64,000 nucleotides of DNA from positions 434 to 64,433 of the IMG/VR virus record IMGVR_UViG_3300032225_000840; one strand, written 5' to 3'. Source of the stretch: a virus (taxonomy: Duplodnaviria > Caudoviricetes). A model generated the notes under the pieces. It did no database searches. It was not told the DNA's origin and saw only the letters and a list, made by a program, of their open reading frames with translations. Below, in pieces: positions 62,084 through 64,000 of the stretch (positions are counted from its first letter, which is position 1; the number at the start of each line of letters is the position of its first letter). The translations under genes and the position numbers were made by a program.

Positions 62084-63772
62084 ATGGCACTTATTTTAGC
62101 AGACCGAGTACAGGAAACAGCAACAGCCAATACGACTGTTAGCTTTAGTTTGGCTGGAGCTTCTACAGGCTACCAAACGTTTAGTGCGGCAATTGGTAAC
62201 ACTAACACGACCTATTATGGCGCTTCTGATGGCACAAACTGGGAAGTAGGTATTGGAACCTATGCTACTACGGGGAACCTTTTAAACCGTACTACCATAC
62301 TATCATCTTCAAATGCAGGATCAGCCGTTGCTTTTAGTGGCACCGTTACTGTATTTGTGGACTACCCAGCAGGTAAGTCAATTTATTTAGATGCTTCTGG
62401 TAACGCATCTGCTTTGGGGACCCCAGCTGCTTTTGTTGCTACTAACGTAACAGGTTTACCAATTAGTACTGGGGTAAGTGGATTAGGTACTGGTGTAGCA
62501 ACGGCTCTTGGAGTAAATACTGGTACGGCTGGTTCTTTTGTAGTCAACGGTGGTGTTTTAGGTACTCCATCTAGCGGAACAGTAACTAACCTTACTGGTA
62601 CAGCATCAATTAATATCAACGGAACTGTAGGTGCTACAACTCCAGCCGCTGGTACATTTACAAACATTTCTTCTGCTACTGCGCCAACCAATACAGTTCC
62701 AGCAGTAGCTTTAACAGGAACACCTAATAATGCTGCTGGTGGCAAGGTCGGTGTATTAGCAGTAGGCTCAAACTTTACTGCCTCTGATAAAAACATTATG
62801 GCATCGTTTGTGCAGAACATTAACGACTATACCCAGATTGTTGTTCAAAACCCTAATGCTGGAACAGCAGCTTCTGCTGACTTTGTTGTTAATAACGATA
62901 ATACAACTGGTTCTGGTGTATATGGTGACTTTGGTATTAACAGTAGTGCATTTACTGGCACAGGCTCATTCAACGCTGCCAATAATATTTATTTGTATTC
63001 TAATGGCGGTGACTTAGTAATTGGCACACAAACAGCCAACATTGTTAGATATGTCATTGGTTCGGGAACTGCCGCAGATGCTGGAACAATTACTTCAACT
63101 GGTTTAAATGCGTTTCCTATTGGGGCTACTACAGCATCTACAGGCGCATTTACAACGCTTTCAGCTTCTTCTACAGTATCAGGCACAGGCTTTAGTACAT
63201 ATTTAGCTTCTCCGCCAGCAATCGGTGGTACGGCTGCAGCCGCAGGAACATTTACTACTTTATCTTGTACTTCTACAGCAGATACTGGAGCATTAGCTAG
63301 AAGTACTGGACAAACTGCTAACGTAACTATTAACAACACCACTACCTATACAACGGGTGGTATTACATTGGCATCACAAAGTGCTGCTGCTAACGCTGTT
63401 TGGCGGGTTCGTGCATTTGGTCAATATACTGCGGCTAACTCTGCAACAGCAAGAACTGCTAGGGTGGCTTGTTTTTGGGGCGCAACGCAGTTAACGGCAA
63501 TCACTTCTACTGTCTTGACTGGTACTGCACAGACTACCCAATGGCAATGTGAATTTACTTTAACAGCATCTTCTGCAACAGCTATTTGGACTGCTGGAAC
63601 ATTTTTAAGCAGAGTAGGTTCTACAACGGCTTTAGCAATAGACAACGCTACCCCCGCTTCTACAGGAAGTTTAACAACTACATCAACCCTTGATTTAAGG
63701 TTCTCAATGTCTAACGCAACTCCAGCAGATTCATGGATTGTTCAATCCGTAATAATGGAACGACTTGAGTAA
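62084..63772 (+). CDS. Long tail fibre with paralogous docking domain (paralog A2)
   Basis: MALILADRVQ N-terminus; internal PPAIGGT.AAAGTFTT fibre repeats. Confidence 0.75.
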   Translation: MALILADRVQETATANTTVSFSLAGASTGYQTFSAAIGNTNTTYYGASDGTNWEVGIGTYATTGNLLNRTTILSSSNAGSAVAFSGTVTVFVDYPAGKSIYLDASGNASALGTPAAFVATNVTGLPISTGVSGLGTGVATALGVNTGTAGSFVVNGGVLGTPSSGTVTNLTGTASININGTVGATTPAAGTFTNISSATAPTNTVPAVALTGTPNNAAGGKVGVLAVGSNFTASDKNIMASFVQNINDYTQIVVQNPNAGTAASADFVVNNDNTTGSGVYGDFGINSSAFTGTGSFNAANNIYLYSNGGDLVIGTQTANIVRYVIGSGTAADAGTITSTGLNAFPIGATTASTGAFTTLSASSTVSGTGFSTYLASPPAIGGTAAAAGTFTTLSCTSTADTGALARSTGQTANVTINNTTTYTTGGITLASQSAAANAVWRVRAFGQYTAANSATARTARVACFWGATQLTAITSTVLTGTAQTTQWQCEFTLTASSATAIWTAGTFLSRVGSTTALAIDNATPASTGSLTTTSTLDLRFSMSNATPADSWIVQSVIMERLE

Positions 63773-64000
63773 TGTTTGGCAAACAACCGATATCTTCTAA
63801 TGCTTTTGTTGTTCAAGGTCTTGTCCGCTCAAACGCAGCTATTACCGAAGTTTTAACGGCAGCAGATAAAAATGATATAGCAGCAGCTTTTGCAAATGCT
63901 ATAACTGAAGCCCTAACTTCCGCCGATTCTAGTACAGTAGCAGCAGCTTTTGCAAATGCTATAACAGAAGCCCTAACTTCCGCCGATTCTAGTACAGTAG
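63772..64000 (+). CDS. 3'-truncated 20-aa repeat virion protein (paralog B2)
   Basis: ATG overlaps the upstream TAA; MFGKQPISSNAF...AAAFANAITEALTSADSSTV twice; open to the window end. Confidence 0.8.
   Translation, partial: MFGKQPISSNAFVVQGLVRSNAAITEVLTAADKNDIAAAFANAITEALTSADSSTVAAAFANAITEALTSADSSTV
63880..64000 (+). repeat. 60-bp tandem repeat running off the window end
   Basis: 63880-63939 and 63940-63999 differ at one base. Confidence 0.9.

Noticed and set aside
1-64000. Alternative genetic code or prophage context
   Set aside because: Core genes are full-length under the standard code using all three stop codons, and no host genes, integrase or att-like site were seen.

Overview
The window is a nearly complete, circularly permuted tailed-phage genome with podovirus-like gene content. 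No host genes, integrase, tRNA, rRNA, CRISPR array or reverse transcriptase were recognised. It has two divergent arms. The + strand late arm runs from about 44.2 kb to the window end and resumes at 1-20.4 kb: terminase, portal, GroES-like protein, scaffold, capsid, glycosyltransferase, small basic proteins, head-tail connectors, fibre/adhesin cassettes, holin, GH108 endolysin, nozzle, ejection proteins and a 2179-aa polyvalent protein. The - strand early/replication arm runs from 43.5 kb to 20.5 kb: many small ORFs, a DUF3150-like / MoxR-type AAA+ / metallopeptidase-vWA trio, VRR-NUC, family A DNA polymerase, Cas4-like and HNH nucleases, SNF2 helicase, an SSB-like protein and a primase-helicase. 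The most unusual signals are non-coding: a ~440-nt highly pairable gene-free transcript behind a perfect sigma70 promoter (41.23-41.68 kb), five copies of an oriented 16-20 bp palindrome across the early region (one inside a CDS), a structured ~180-nt region after a small HNH gene, and an origin-like 600-bp region with a long inverted repeat. All protein calls are by-eye motif recognition and all RNA pairings were found by hand; no database search or folding program was run.
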